A stretch of DNA of 64,000 bases, from NCBI GenBank assembly GCA_946541575.1, contig CAMNJQ010000059.1, forward strand, positions 21,857 through 85,856, in the 5' to 3' direction. Positions 1 through 9,774 of this stretch are shown in pieces; positions within the stretch are counted from its first letter, which is position 1, and every line of letters begins with the position of its first letter. Below the pieces are notes generated by a model, which saw nothing but the letters and a program-made list of their open reading frames with translations, ran no database searches and was not told the DNA's origin. The stretch comes from an uncultured Clostridium sp. GTDB taxonomy: Bacteria > Bacillota_I > Bacilli_A > RF39 > UBA660. The position numbers were made by a program, and so were the translations under genes.

Positions 1-417
1 TACTTCATAATCATTTTTATTTTTTCTAATAATATAATTATCAGAAGAAATTCCATAAATATAATATGTATCATTATTACTAGAAAAAATTAATTTTCCA
101 TATTTATCTAACACCTTTGATTCATCATTTGAAGAAGTATAAATATAGCCATTATTGTTTACTTGATAAAGAGAAAATCTACTATCACTTTCAATTAATC
201 CATAACTATTATCATTATTATCTATTAAATAAATATTATTATCATTTCCTTTAATTAAAGCATAATCATCGCTAGTTGAAATTATTTTATTTATTTCAAC
301 AGTTCGTTTATCTTTTTTTTCTATTTCTTTTTCGTTACTCGAAGAATTAGAAGATATTCCACAAGAAGTTAAAAATATAACGAGAAAAAACACTAATAAA
401 TACTTATAAATTTTCAT
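1..417 (-). CDS. putative lipoprotein, partial (3' end runs off window start)
   Basis: Not in ORF track. I translated the complement of 1-417. ATG at 415-417 follows a GGAGG-type RBS (complement of 421-426). N-terminus MKIYKYLLVFFLVIFLTSCG has a lipobox. No stop codon before the window edge. Confidence 0.55.
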   Translation of the reverse strand, partial: MKIYKYLLVFFLVIFLTSCGISSNSSSNEKEIEKKDKRTVEINKIISTSDDYALIKGNDNNIYLIDNNDNSYGLIESDSRFSLYQVNNNGYIYTSSNDESKVLDKYGKLIFSSNNDTYYIYGISSDNYIIRKNKNDYEV

Positions 418-426
418 ATATCCTCC

Positions 427-2154
427 CTATTTATTCCATGGATTATTTGGATCAGGATCAGTTGGATCCCATCCCCTATTTGGACTATTTGCTGGAATCT
501 TTGGAGCACTTGGCTTACTAATTCCACTAGGTAAACTTCCATCATAAATCCTTACTGTAGTACCAGATGAAACATTATCAAAAATCCACTTAACATCCCT
601 TACTGTCATCCTTACACATCCAGCTGAAGCAGCAGTACCAAGTTTATTATATTCTTCCCATTCCAAATCACCTTTATTTGTAGAATAATAAGGGACAGAG
701 TGAAATAATATACTTCCTACAATTCTTGTAGAATATTGTCCAACAACACCACCAATTAAATATCCCCAAGTTTGTCCTTTAGTTGTTTTAAATGTTCCAA
801 CTGGTGTTTTACCATTTCTTCCAACTGAAGCTACAAATACTTTAACAACTTTAGTATATTCTTTATTATTATCTAAACCATAAACTATTACAACATTTTG
901 ATTTCTAATTACTTCTATATAATAAGGCTTATTATTTGTATTTACTCTATTAACTTTTTCTTTAACCGTAACTTTCATATTTTTAGAAGCAACATTTCCA
1001 GACTTATCTTCGCTAGTAATTGTTAAAGTATAATCTCCTACTTTTGAAGAATTATATGTCCCATTAATATTACATTCAACTGCATCATCAACTTCATCAA
1101 TACATTTTATTTTTTCATTAAGATTTACACTATTACCTTTATAAATAGTAATATTTTCTAAAGTAATCACTGGAGGAGTTTTATCTTCAATCAAATTAGG
1201 ATTAGAAATATTATTATAATTCAAGTCTTTTATTAAATTTTGATATTCCTCGTATTTAGAACGTTTTAAAAAAATAAGTGAACCATTAGACAAATCATAA
1301 AAGTTACTATTATTTATTAAAAATTTAATTGCATCAATCGTATCATCCATATATTTTAAAGAAAAGGTTACATCACTAAAATCAAATTTATCATATACTT
1401 TATTGATTAACCTATTATTTAATGTTAATAGTCTATCATCATCAATATCAATATTATAATATTTCTCTTTTGAATCATTTATTTGAGACAAGATAATCGA
1501 TAGTTTTTCTCTTGAATCGTCATAATAATTCAAAACATCTTGTTTACCAATATTAGAAGTATTTAAAGAATTAATAAGCAAATCATTAGTTATAATAGAA
1601 GTAACTTCATTCTTTTTTGATAATAAAAATAAAATATATTCTTCAACATTATTTTCAACTTTCAATCTTATAGAAGATGTTAAATTATTTTTAAAATTAT
1701 TAGTAACATTATCAATATTTATTTTATTATTAGACAAATCATCAATTATAGTATCAACTTCAGCATTTAATTTTTTTATTTCAATTCTTTCTTTTACCTT
1801 TGGATAAGAAAAACAAATAGATACCACTAGAAAAATAGAAAGTGCAAGTATACTTAAAATTGATAATAGCTTTCCATGATTTTGATTTTCTTTTTTAGGT
1901 TTAATTTCTTCTTTTGGTTCTCTAGAAGGTAAATCAACAATAGATTTATTTTTCTTTTGAGATTTTTCTACTACATCAGTTTTAATTTTAGACTTAGCAT
2001 TACTTTCTCTACTGATTGACCTTTTACTAATATTATTATTTTTCTTAGTTACATTTTTACTACTAGATGATGTTCTTTTATTTTTTTTCGAATTTAAAGA
2101 CATATTTCTTTTTTCTAAGTCTTTTTTTGATATTTTAACCATAAAACCACTCAC
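427..2154 (-). CDS. L,D-transpeptidase (YkuD domain) with Lys-rich N-terminus, TM anchor and Ig-like (DUF5011-type) module
   Basis: C-terminal SILFHSVPY...GTAASAGCVRMTVRDVKWIF matches the YkuD His/Cys catalytic motif. A TM segment (LLSILSILALSIFLVVSI) follows the basic N-terminus. Exact start among M1/M5/M18 is uncertain. Confidence 0.8.
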   Translation of the reverse strand: MSGFMVKISKKDLEKRNMSLNSKKNKRTSSSSKNVTKKNNNISKRSISRESNAKSKIKTDVVEKSQKKNKSIVDLPSREPKEEIKPKKENQNHGKLLSILSILALSIFLVVSICFSYPKVKERIEIKKLNAEVDTIIDDLSNNKINIDNVTNNFKNNLTSSIRLKVENNVEEYILFLLSKKNEVTSIITNDLLINSLNTSNIGKQDVLNYYDDSREKLSIILSQINDSKEKYYNIDIDDDRLLTLNNRLINKVYDKFDFSDVTFSLKYMDDTIDAIKFLINNSNFYDLSNGSLIFLKRSKYEEYQNLIKDLNYNNISNPNLIEDKTPPVITLENITIYKGNSVNLNEKIKCIDEVDDAVECNINGTYNSSKVGDYTLTITSEDKSGNVASKNMKVTVKEKVNRVNTNNKPYYIEVIRNQNVVIVYGLDNNKEYTKVVKVFVASVGRNGKTPVGTFKTTKGQTWGYLIGGVVGQYSTRIVGSILFHSVPYYSTNKGDLEWEEYNKLGTAASAGCVRMTVRDVKWIFDNVSSGTTVRIYDGSLPSGISKPSAPKIPANSPNRGWDPTDPDPNNPWNK

Positions 2155-2226
2155 TTAATAGAAAATAATATAATTAATTATATCATACTTTTCAAAGACA
2201 ATTAAAAAAAAGAGGGATTACCTCTT

Positions 2227-3015
2227 TTATTTAATATATTGAGTGATATCAAAAATTCCATTAGTTCCAGAAACTTTTGGTAACTCGCCATTCCATTTTT
2301 CTATAAATTTTTCTTTTATAATATTATCTGTTAGATTTTTTTGTTTTAACTCATTTGCAGTTTTCTCAGCTTCAGCTGCAACTATTTTCTTTTCCGCATT
2401 AATTTTTTCTCTTTCTAATTCTTGTTTTGCAGTTAAAACTTTTTGCTCTGCAACTTGTTTTTCTTCAATCGCTTTTTCAAATTCATCGCTAAAACTAAAA
2501 TTAGTAATATTAAACTCATTTACAATAATTCCATACTTACCAACTTTCTTTTCTAACTCTTCAGTACATAAAGAACTAACATCACTTCTATTTGTGATTA
2601 ATTCTTCAGCAGTATATTTAGATGTAACTGCTTTAATACTTTCTTCTATTGCAGGCTCTAAGATTATTTCTTCATAATTTTTACCAACGTTTTTATAAAG
2701 ATCTACTGCTTTTTCTTTATCAATTCTATAATTAACTGCTAAAGAAATATCTACATCTTGTAAATCTTTACTTGAACTATTAGTTTTCACTTCAGTTTTT
2801 TGAACTTTGACATTCATCTTTTCAATTGTTTCAATTAAAGGAATTTTAAGATTTATTCCTTCATTTGTTGGCCTATCAACAACTTTACCAAATCTAACTC
2901 TAATTCCAACTTCACCACTATTAATTGTAGTAACGCATGATAGAAAAACATAAAAAACAAATACAATAATTATAATAATTAAATATTTTTTATTTTCATT
3001 TAATAATTTTCTCAT
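2227..3015 (-). CDS. SPFH/band-7 (prohibitin/HflC-like) membrane protein
   Basis: N-terminal TM, then GEVGIRVRFGKV...NLKIP...VDISLAVNYRI and a coiled-coil AEQKVLTAKQELEREK tail typical of SPFH proteins. AGGAGGA RBS upstream. Confidence 0.8.
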   Translation of the reverse strand: MRKLLNENKKYLIIIIIVFVFYVFLSCVTTINSGEVGIRVRFGKVVDRPTNEGINLKIPLIETIEKMNVKVQKTEVKTNSSSKDLQDVDISLAVNYRIDKEKAVDLYKNVGKNYEEIILEPAIEESIKAVTSKYTAEELITNRSDVSSLCTEELEKKVGKYGIIVNEFNITNFSFSDEFEKAIEEKQVAEQKVLTAKQELEREKINAEKKIVAAEAEKTANELKQKNLTDNIIKEKFIEKWNGELPKVSGTNGIFDITQYIK

Positions 3016-3027
3016 ATTATCCTCCTA

Positions 3028-3174
3028 TTAAATATTTTTTTTAAATTCTAATTTCTTAGTATTTGACTCATGATTATTTCTTAAAAACTTATAAATAAGA
3101 AAACTTCCTAAAACAAAAATTGCACCAGTACTTAAAATAGACACTACTTTTCTAAAATTAAAAATATTTATCAT
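3028..3174 (-). CDS. small (48 aa) single-TM protein upstream of the SPFH gene
   Basis: Below the ORF-track size cutoff. ATG at 3172-3174 lies 6 nt after AAGGAGG. Translation is MINIFNFRKVVSILSTGAIFVLGSFLIYKFLRNNHESNTKKLEFKKNI. The stop lies 12 nt before the SPFH start. Confidence 0.4.
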   Translation of the reverse strand: MINIFNFRKVVSILSTGAIFVLGSFLIYKFLRNNHESNTKKLEFKKNI

Positions 3175-3199
3175 AAAAACCTCCTTAAGAGTCAAATTA

Positions 3200-3240
3200 C
3201 AAAAAAAACAAGACTCTTATATTTCTATAAAAGTCTTGTT
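3200..3240 (-). terminator. intrinsic terminator / attenuator hairpin
   Basis: On the minus strand AACAAGACT-n15-AGTCTTGTT is followed by T8. It sits between the thioredoxin-like gene and the small ORF/SPFH pair. Confidence 0.7.
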
Positions 3241-3349
3241 CATTATAATTAATCCGAGATAAATCTGTCTTGACGAATTAATTCACTTTTTGTGGAACTA
3301 CTCCCTCTTACAAGAATGAATTATACCACAAAATAACTAAAAAGTCAAA

Positions 3350-4057
3350 TTAGCACTTTGAGTCAGAACTACATGAATTAGAGAAAAACGACTTAAAAGT
3401 GCTCTCCTCATCTTCTAACATCTCACTAGTTAATTCAGCATATGCATCAGTTTGTTTATCCGAAATTCCCGTAACAAGTCTGATAGCTTTACCATTTAAT
3501 ACATAAACAAAATTAGGAGCATAAACTCTTTTTTCTCCAACACTTACACGATTGCCATTAGAATCAGTTAATGCATAATCTGATAAAAAATCATTAAATC
3601 TTTCTAAAACAAGTTTATAAGCAGAACTACCTTCTACTTCAAGCTCTGGTACATTATTAGAATTTAATACATATTTATCTCTAAATATTTCATTACCTTT
3701 TTCATCCCATATATCTAAATAATATATTGTATCAATATCATTTTCTCTAGAAATCTTATCAGCCATTTCTAATACACTTCTACACCATGGGCATAAAGTA
3801 GAACCAAAATAAATATAGAAAGATTCATTGTTGTTTAACTTACTTATTAATTCATCTTGAGTAATCTCTTTAAACTTATTATTTTCACTTAAAGATATAC
3901 TTCTATAATTTACTCCTCTAGAATTTACCTTATCATTCATTGATTCATAATCTTTTTTAAAAGCTAAAGAAGATTCATTTTCTTCATTTTTAGTTCCGCA
4001 TCCAACCATTACAAAAGCTACTAATATAATAATTGTAAAAAATAATTTTTTTCTCAT
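3350..4057 (-). CDS. thioredoxin-fold lipoprotein (CxxC)
   Basis: MRKKLFFTIIILVAFVMVGCG lipobox signal. FGSTLCPWCRS is a thioredoxin-type CPWC active site. The ATG at 4057 follows GGAGG. The longer track start is a TTG. Confidence 0.7.
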   Translation of the reverse strand: MRKKLFFTIIILVAFVMVGCGTKNEENESSLAFKKDYESMNDKVNSRGVNYRSISLSENNKFKEITQDELISKLNNNESFYIYFGSTLCPWCRSVLEMADKISRENDIDTIYYLDIWDEKGNEIFRDKYVLNSNNVPELEVEGSSAYKLVLERFNDFLSDYALTDSNGNRVSVGEKRVYAPNFVYVLNGKAIRLVTGISDKQTDAYAELTSEMLEDEESTFKSFFSNSCSSDSKC

Positions 4058-4071
4058 AAAAACCTCCAAAA

Positions 4072-5304
4072 CTAGTTATTAATTCTTTGGTGACAAACAA
4101 CACTAGAATCAAGAACCTTAAAAGTGTAACCATTATCAAGTCCATACTTAACAATATTTTCAATTGCAAGCGATGTATGTTTCTTTATATCATGCATCAA
4201 AATTACATTACCACGTTTTTTAGATAATTCAGATATAACATTTTTATATTCCACATTAGGATCAGTTGTTCCGCCAGCATCTCCACTAGATATATTCCAA
4301 TCAAAATAAGAATATCCATTTTGCTCAACTTCTTTTGCCAACTGAGTCATAATTCCTTTATTATACTTTCTAGATACTGTATTTGATACACCTCCAGGAA
4401 ATCTTAGTAAAGTAGACTCTTTACCCGTAATATTCTTAACTCTATCTCTAACTGTATTCATATCTTTCCAAAATGCTTCACTTGAAACATAAATTTTATC
4501 ATAAGCATGAGAAGATGAGTGTAGTCCAATTGCATGTCCCTCCTCAAATTCTCTTTTAATTAAAGAATCAGGGCCAGCACTTGTTACAAAAAAAGTAGCC
4601 TTAACATTGTATTTCTTTAAAGCATCTAGAATTACAGGAGTGTAATAAGAATTAGGACCATCATCAAATGTCAAATAAATAACACCTGCTTCGCCACAGC
4701 CTAAACTTGAGCCACCTGTAGATACAGGTCTTTTCTTAACTTCGACACTTCTTTTGGCAGTAGTAACATGCCCAGAAGAATCAGTAATTGTATAGATAAC
4801 ATCATAAGTTCCTTCTTTTGATGTATCAACCGCATTCTCAATTACTATATTACTAGTAATATCACCATCAACATTATCATTAGCAACTGCTCCTTTATCT
4901 TCATATTTATCTCCAACAAATAATGATAAAGATGCATCACCATTTAATGTTAACTCTGGAGGTATATTATCAATTACATTATATTTTATAGAATAAGTCT
5001 TTTTAAAGTTAAATTTTTTACATTCATACTCAATTGATTGTTCACCAACTTTAGTTAAATCAATATCTTTAGTAATTTTAAAATTATCGCCAGTTATTTC
5101 ACTATTTAAAAATTTACACTTAACGTCAGGATACTTAAAATCTTGAGAATTAACAGGAACTTCAATTGGTTCTTTTGATTCATCATAAGATATTTTTAAA
5201 AACGTTCCTCCAAAAATAAAAAATAAAATAACTAATATTGCAATAATAGCAATTAAACTAACTAAAACCCCAATAATCATTTTTTTATTCTTCATATACT
5301 TCAC
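4072..5304 (-). CDS. polysaccharide/peptidoglycan deacetylase (NodB domain) with TM anchor and Ig-like DUF5011-type module
   Basis: YLTFDDGP, HSSSHAY, LLRFPGG and ILMHD are the NodB homology motifs. N-terminal TM present. Central module PPELTLNGD...DNVDGDITS...GTYDVIYTITDSSGH. Confidence 0.85.
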   Translation of the reverse strand: MKYMKNKKMIIGVLVSLIAIIAILVILFFIFGGTFLKISYDESKEPIEVPVNSQDFKYPDVKCKFLNSEITGDNFKITKDIDLTKVGEQSIEYECKKFNFKKTYSIKYNVIDNIPPELTLNGDASLSLFVGDKYEDKGAVANDNVDGDITSNIVIENAVDTSKEGTYDVIYTITDSSGHVTTAKRSVEVKKRPVSTGGSSLGCGEAGVIYLTFDDGPNSYYTPVILDALKKYNVKATFFVTSAGPDSLIKREFEEGHAIGLHSSSHAYDKIYVSSEAFWKDMNTVRDRVKNITGKESTLLRFPGGVSNTVSRKYNKGIMTQLAKEVEQNGYSYFDWNISSGDAGGTTDPNVEYKNVISELSKKRGNVILMHDIKKHTSLAIENIVKYGLDNGYTFKVLDSSVVCHQRINN

Positions 5305-5391
5305 TCCTATAATTCACATCACATAAATTATACAACTATTTATATTTTTTTTAAAGTATTAAATAAAAATAAAAAAGGTTACAAAAGTAAC

Positions 5392-6174
5392 CTAAATTTG
5401 TATTTCACTAATTATATCATCAATAGATAATACCCTAACTTTATTATAATCGCCATTAAAAATCAAATTAGAGGATTCAGTATTTTCTGTATTAACTTTT
5501 ACATTAATTTTATCACCATTTATTGTAACAACAATCTCATCATCAGACGTCCTACTTACTAAAGAACCATCACTTTGTATCGCAAAATTTGAAGAATAAG
5601 GAGACAAATTATCTGATAATGTACTACTCATATCAATACGAACATTACTTTCATCAATTCTAAACATTAAAATTTTTGTATTGTCATTACCATACTCTAT
5701 ATTATATTTTCCATCCAAATATGAAGGATCTCCATAATTATCTACAAAGAAATCTTCTTTTGAATAATCTCCAACTATATTATAATCTCCAGAAACCTCA
5801 TCATTATTTTCATATGTGACAATAACTTTTCCAAGTTCGTACTTAATAGTTAAAACATTATCACACACTAACGTATTATCACTCAAACTATTAATAGAAT
5901 CATGTGAAATGAATTCAGACTCTAAATTAACTGATACTTTATCACCTAATTGATATAGCTTTAATAAAGATCCATCTTTCTCATAAACACCACTATACTT
6001 GATTTCACCAATAGATGTTTCTATTGATTTTGTTGTATTATTACTGCTATCATTTTTCTTATCAGTCTTAAAATACTTATCCTTATCCATCGCAAACATT
6101 ACACTACCTGCTGCGATTAAAATAATTCCAACAAGTATAAGACATTTAGCAATCATTTTTTTATCTTTCATCAC
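5392..6174 (-). CDS. hypothetical membrane-anchored extracellular protein
   Basis: N-terminal TM (CLILVGIILIAAGSVMFA) followed by a beta-rich D/N/S-rich region. No motif recognised. Confidence 0.5.
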   Translation of the reverse strand: MMKDKKMIAKCLILVGIILIAAGSVMFAMDKDKYFKTDKKNDSSNNTTKSIETSIGEIKYSGVYEKDGSLLKLYQLGDKVSVNLESEFISHDSINSLSDNTLVCDNVLTIKYELGKVIVTYENNDEVSGDYNIVGDYSKEDFFVDNYGDPSYLDGKYNIEYGNDNTKILMFRIDESNVRIDMSSTLSDNLSPYSSNFAIQSDGSLVSRTSDDEIVVTINGDKINVKVNTENTESSNLIFNGDYNKVRVLSIDDIISEIQI

Positions 6175-6345
6175 AATCCACTCCTTTTTATTTCACATAG
6201 ATATTTTCGTAATTGAAACTACTTCTATTTTCTTTAATTTAACATCATATAGTTAAAAATGTCAATTTCAAATGTAAATTTCTTCGGATGTAAGTGTTAA
6301 CGAAAGTAAAAAAATGTAAAAGGGATTATTATCCTAATAATCCCT

Positions 6346-7710
6346 TTAGCCTAACGATTCCATTATTTCTTTTGCTGCCTTCTTACCTGCTTCCATAGCA
6401 AGAATAACAGTAGCTGCGCCAGTTACAGCATCACCACCAGCATAGACATTATCAAGTGATGTCTTTGTTTTATCTTCTTCAGTTTTAATTAAGCCTCGTT
6501 CAGTTAATAAAATATTACTTCCTTTTAAGGCCTCATGATTTGGACTCGTTCCAAGAGCCATTACTACCATTTCACAATCAACAATATGCTTAGAAGATTC
6601 ATCAGCACTAACGCTTCTTCTTCCATCTTCTCCAGGCTCTCCAAGAATCATATTAACTACTTCCATACCAATAACATCATTATTTTCATTAGTTAATATT
6701 TTTACAGGATTTTCTAATAGATTAAATATAATCTCTTCTTCTTTAGCATGCATAACTTCCATTTTACGAGCTGGTAATTCATCTTCACTACGTCTATACA
6801 TTAAATGTGTTTCTATTCCAAGTCTTTTAAGTGATCTAACGGCATCCATTGCAACATTACCACCACCAATTATATATGCTCTTTTAACTTTTTTAATTGG
6901 TGTTTTACATTTATCTTTATATGCTCCCATTAAATTAATTCTTGTTAATATTTCATTTGCAGAGAAAACACCATTAGCATCTTCTCCAGGGATTCCCATA
7001 AATTTAGGTAAACCAGCACCGCTTCCTAAAAATACTGCATCATATTCTTCTTGTAACTCTGGAATAGTAATTGCATTTCCAACAGGTACATCAGTTTTAA
7101 TATCAACACCAAGTTTTTTCAATGATTCAACTTCTTTTTGAACAATTGATTTTGGAAGTCTAAATTCAGGTATTCCATATGTTAATACTCCACCAGCTTT
7201 ATGTAATACTTCATATATAGTTACATCATATCCTGCCTTAGCCAAATCACCAGCACAAGTTAGTCCAGCAGGGCCACTTCCAACAACTGCAACCTTTTTA
7301 CCATTTTTTTCTTTTACTTGAGCAGCACTATAATTATTTTTAATTGCTTGATCGGCTACATATCTTTCAAGAGAACCAATAGAAATTGCATCTCCTTTGA
7401 ATCCTTTAACGCACATTTTTTCACATTGTTTTTCTTGTGGACAAACTCTACCACAAACAGCAGGTAAACTTGAAGACTTTGAAATCACTTCATATGCCTT
7501 GTCTAAATGTCCTTCTTTAATTTCTTTAATGAATTCTGGAATAGCTATATTTACAGGACATCCTTTAACACATCTTGGATTTGGACATTGTAAACATCTA
7601 CTAGCTTCTTTCAAAGCTTCTTCATCATTAAATCCAAGTTCAACTTCTTCAAAATTAGTTACTCTAACAGATGGATCTTGTACTCTTCCTCTTACTTTTT
7701 CATCATTCAT
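6346..7710 (-). CDS. nfnB: GltD-like NADPH-dependent FAD/Fe-S oxidoreductase, large subunit of an NfnAB/SudAB-type pair
   Basis: Cys clusters CLQCPNPRCVKGCP and CGRVCPQEKQCEKMC. Two dinucleotide folds (VAVVGSGPAGLTCAGDL and IIGGGNVAMD). Adjacent to a PyrK-like subunit. Confidence 0.7.
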   Translation of the reverse strand: MNDEKVRGRVQDPSVRVTNFEEVELGFNDEEALKEASRCLQCPNPRCVKGCPVNIAIPEFIKEIKEGHLDKAYEVISKSSSLPAVCGRVCPQEKQCEKMCVKGFKGDAISIGSLERYVADQAIKNNYSAAQVKEKNGKKVAVVGSGPAGLTCAGDLAKAGYDVTIYEVLHKAGGVLTYGIPEFRLPKSIVQKEVESLKKLGVDIKTDVPVGNAITIPELQEEYDAVFLGSGAGLPKFMGIPGEDANGVFSANEILTRINLMGAYKDKCKTPIKKVKRAYIIGGGNVAMDAVRSLKRLGIETHLMYRRSEDELPARKMEVMHAKEEEIIFNLLENPVKILTNENNDVIGMEVVNMILGEPGEDGRRSVSADESSKHIVDCEMVVMALGTSPNHEALKGSNILLTERGLIKTEEDKTKTSLDNVYAGGDAVTGAATVILAMEAGKKAAKEIMESLG

Positions 7711-7719
7711 ATTAGCCTC

Positions 7720-8565
7720 CTAGTTTTCCTTTATAGAAAGTTCTTCTTTCATTTCTTCCAGTTTAACTTTTTCTTCTTCTTTATATACATTCATTCTTTT
7801 TAATGCCAAATCAAAATTGACTTTATGCCCATCGAATTCTGGGCCATGAATACATGCAAACTTAGGTTTACCATCAACTTCACATCTACACGCCCCACAC
7901 ATTCCACTACCATCAACCATAAGTGGATTCATACTAACAATGGTCTTTAAATTATACTTTTTAGTTAATTCACAAACATTTTTCATCATAATAACTGGTC
8001 CAATTGTAACACATATATCATAATCATTAATATGTTCTTCTAAAATATTAGTAACAAACCCTTTTGTACCAAATGAACCATCATCTGTAGCATACATCAC
8101 TTTATTAGCAACAGATTCAATTTTATCTCTAATTAATAATAAATCCTCACTTCTTGATCCATATATTACATCTACATTAAATCCATGATCATGTAAATAT
8201 TTAACTTGTGGATAAACAGGAGCAATTCCCACTCCACCTGCTACATAAACAATTTTCTTATCTTTGAATTCATCAGGATTAGCACATATTTCATTAGCAT
8301 TTCCTAACGGTCCAGTAACTGCAAATAATTCATCAGTTATATGAGATAACTCAAGAGTTGAAGCTCCCACAACTTGATAAATTAAATATAAAATTCCTTT
8401 TTCTTTATCATAATCATAAATTGTTAATGGAATTCTTTCACTTTCAGAATGTCCCATAACAATAACAAATTGTCCTGGCATAGCTTTTTTAACAACTAAT
8501 GGTGCCTCTAATGCCATTTCAAAAGAATTGGAACTAATTTTTTTATTATATAACACTTTATACAT
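7720..8565 (-). CDS. nfnA: PyrK-like ferredoxin-NADP reductase-type electron-transfer subunit (NfnA/SudB-like)
   Basis: FAD/NAD-binding barrel motifs (RIPLTI, GPLG, VAGGVGIAP). C-terminal 2Fe-2S Cys cluster GSGMCGACRC...FACIHGP. The ATG at 8565 follows AGGTGAT. Confidence 0.7.
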   Translation of the reverse strand: MYKVLYNKKISSNSFEMALEAPLVVKKAMPGQFVIVMGHSESERIPLTIYDYDKEKGILYLIYQVVGASTLELSHITDELFAVTGPLGNANEICANPDEFKDKKIVYVAGGVGIAPVYPQVKYLHDHGFNVDVIYGSRSEDLLLIRDKIESVANKVMYATDDGSFGTKGFVTNILEEHINDYDICVTIGPVIMMKNVCELTKKYNLKTIVSMNPLMVDGSGMCGACRCEVDGKPKFACIHGPEFDGHKVNFDLALKRMNVYKEEEKVKLEEMKEELSIKEN

Positions 8566-8639
8566 TATATCACCTATCCTCACATCCCTTATTTTACAAA
8601 AAAATAGCACTCTTAATCAAGTACTATTCTAAAAAAATA

Positions 8640-9722
8640 CTAATTATAATTACTATCAAATAAATTTTCTAATTCTTTGATTCTTTCTTTTTGAAGATTA
8701 TCTATTGAAATTTCTATATATTTTGTTTTACTTTTTAATACTTTCTTAACATCATCAATCATCTTTTTATTATTTTTTGAAATAATATAAGCATAATCAT
8801 TGATATTTAAATGATCGCTAGATACTCCAATTGTAGTTATTATTGGCTTCTTTAATACTAAAGATTCTAAATAAATAACAGGAAATCCTTCATAATCAGA
8901 TGTTAATATCACATAATCTGCTTTTTCAATATATGGGTAAGGATTCTTCTTTTCTCCAATAAATAAAACTCTATCTTTCAAATCATAATCACTAACTAGT
9001 TTTTCATATTTAGCTCTATCAGGTCCATCCCCAACCATCCACAATGTTATTTCGTCGATATTTTTAACAATTTCGATTGCTCTAGATAGCTTTTTAGAAG
9101 AGTCATCAAGTCTACCAACATATACAAATAAAATATTATTTGGTTTCTTTTCATTTATAGTTTCTTTACTCAAATTAATTATCTTTGAAACATTTATAAA
9201 ATTATTAAATACTTTCGTTTTATCTTTTAAATAAGGATAATACTTTAAAAAGTCGTTTCTTGATTCGAAAGACACAAAAATAATATTTCTAAATTTATCA
9301 ATATTTCTAGAATCAAAAAACTCTTTAAATTTCTTAAAATCACTTTTATATAAATCTTTATAATTACTATGAACATATATAGAACTATTCTTAGATCCAA
9401 TTAGTGCTAATTTATTACCACTATAAGAATATGTTGCATAACAACAACTAAAGTCAAATTTATTTTTATACTTAAGACTAAATAAAAGCTTACGAATAAA
9501 ATTAATTATTTTTCTAATAAATGATATTTTAAAATTAGATACTTTAAGTTCTTTAACTATAACATTTTTATTAATCTCATTTAGCAAAATTCCTTCTTTT
9601 CTCTCAAGTATTAAAGTAACATCATATTTACTATAATCTATATTATTTAATAAATTAACAAGTGAAGTTTCAATACCGCCAATATTTAAATTATAAGCTG
9701 TAAATAAAAGTTTCTTTTTCAT
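8640..9722 (-). CDS. glycosyltransferase, GT4 (GT-B fold) family
   Basis: N-terminal NLNIGGIETSLVNL. C-terminal SDYEGFPVIYLESLVLKKPIITT contains the E-x7-E motif. Confidence 0.75.
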   Translation of the reverse strand: MKKKLLFTAYNLNIGGIETSLVNLLNNIDYSKYDVTLILERKEGILLNEINKNVIVKELKVSNFKISFIRKIINFIRKLLFSLKYKNKFDFSCCYATYSYSGNKLALIGSKNSSIYVHSNYKDLYKSDFKKFKEFFDSRNIDKFRNIIFVSFESRNDFLKYYPYLKDKTKVFNNFINVSKIINLSKETINEKKPNNILFVYVGRLDDSSKKLSRAIEIVKNIDEITLWMVGDGPDRAKYEKLVSDYDLKDRVLFIGEKKNPYPYIEKADYVILTSDYEGFPVIYLESLVLKKPIITTIGVSSDHLNINDYAYIISKNNKKMIDDVKKVLKSKTKYIEISIDNLQKERIKELENLFDSNYN

Positions 9723-9774
9723 AATAAACCTCCACTATCATTATATCAATAAAATAAATAAAAAAAGAGGAAAA

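Noticed and set aside
2243-2677. Plus-strand ORF antisense to the SPFH gene, and similar track ORFs at 5999-6256, 7397-7723, 10590-10808, 10824-11105, 13951-14178, 16306-16503, 17740-18084, 21729-21980, 24884-25102, 28191-28388, 30052-30285, 35566-35796, 39244-39459, 40544-40783, 41060-41464, 47293-47616, 48145-48450, 49531-49890, 50896-51212, 52332-52523, 53164-53388, 53811-54038, 56986-57177, 57834-58016 and 61665-61856.
   Set aside because: All lie antisense to (or overlap) genes with clear family motifs. They translate to S/F/L/I-rich low-complexity strings typical of shadow frames in AT-rich DNA, and they lack RBSs. I treat them as non-coding.
3241-3320. Calling the leader a yybP-ykoY (Mn2+) riboswitch because of the GAGGGAGUAG and CAAGAC elements.
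   Set aside because: The segment before the terminator is only ~75 nt, too short for the four-helix architecture. The downstream genes are not the usual Mn/TerC/P-type targets. It is kept only as an unclassified candidate.
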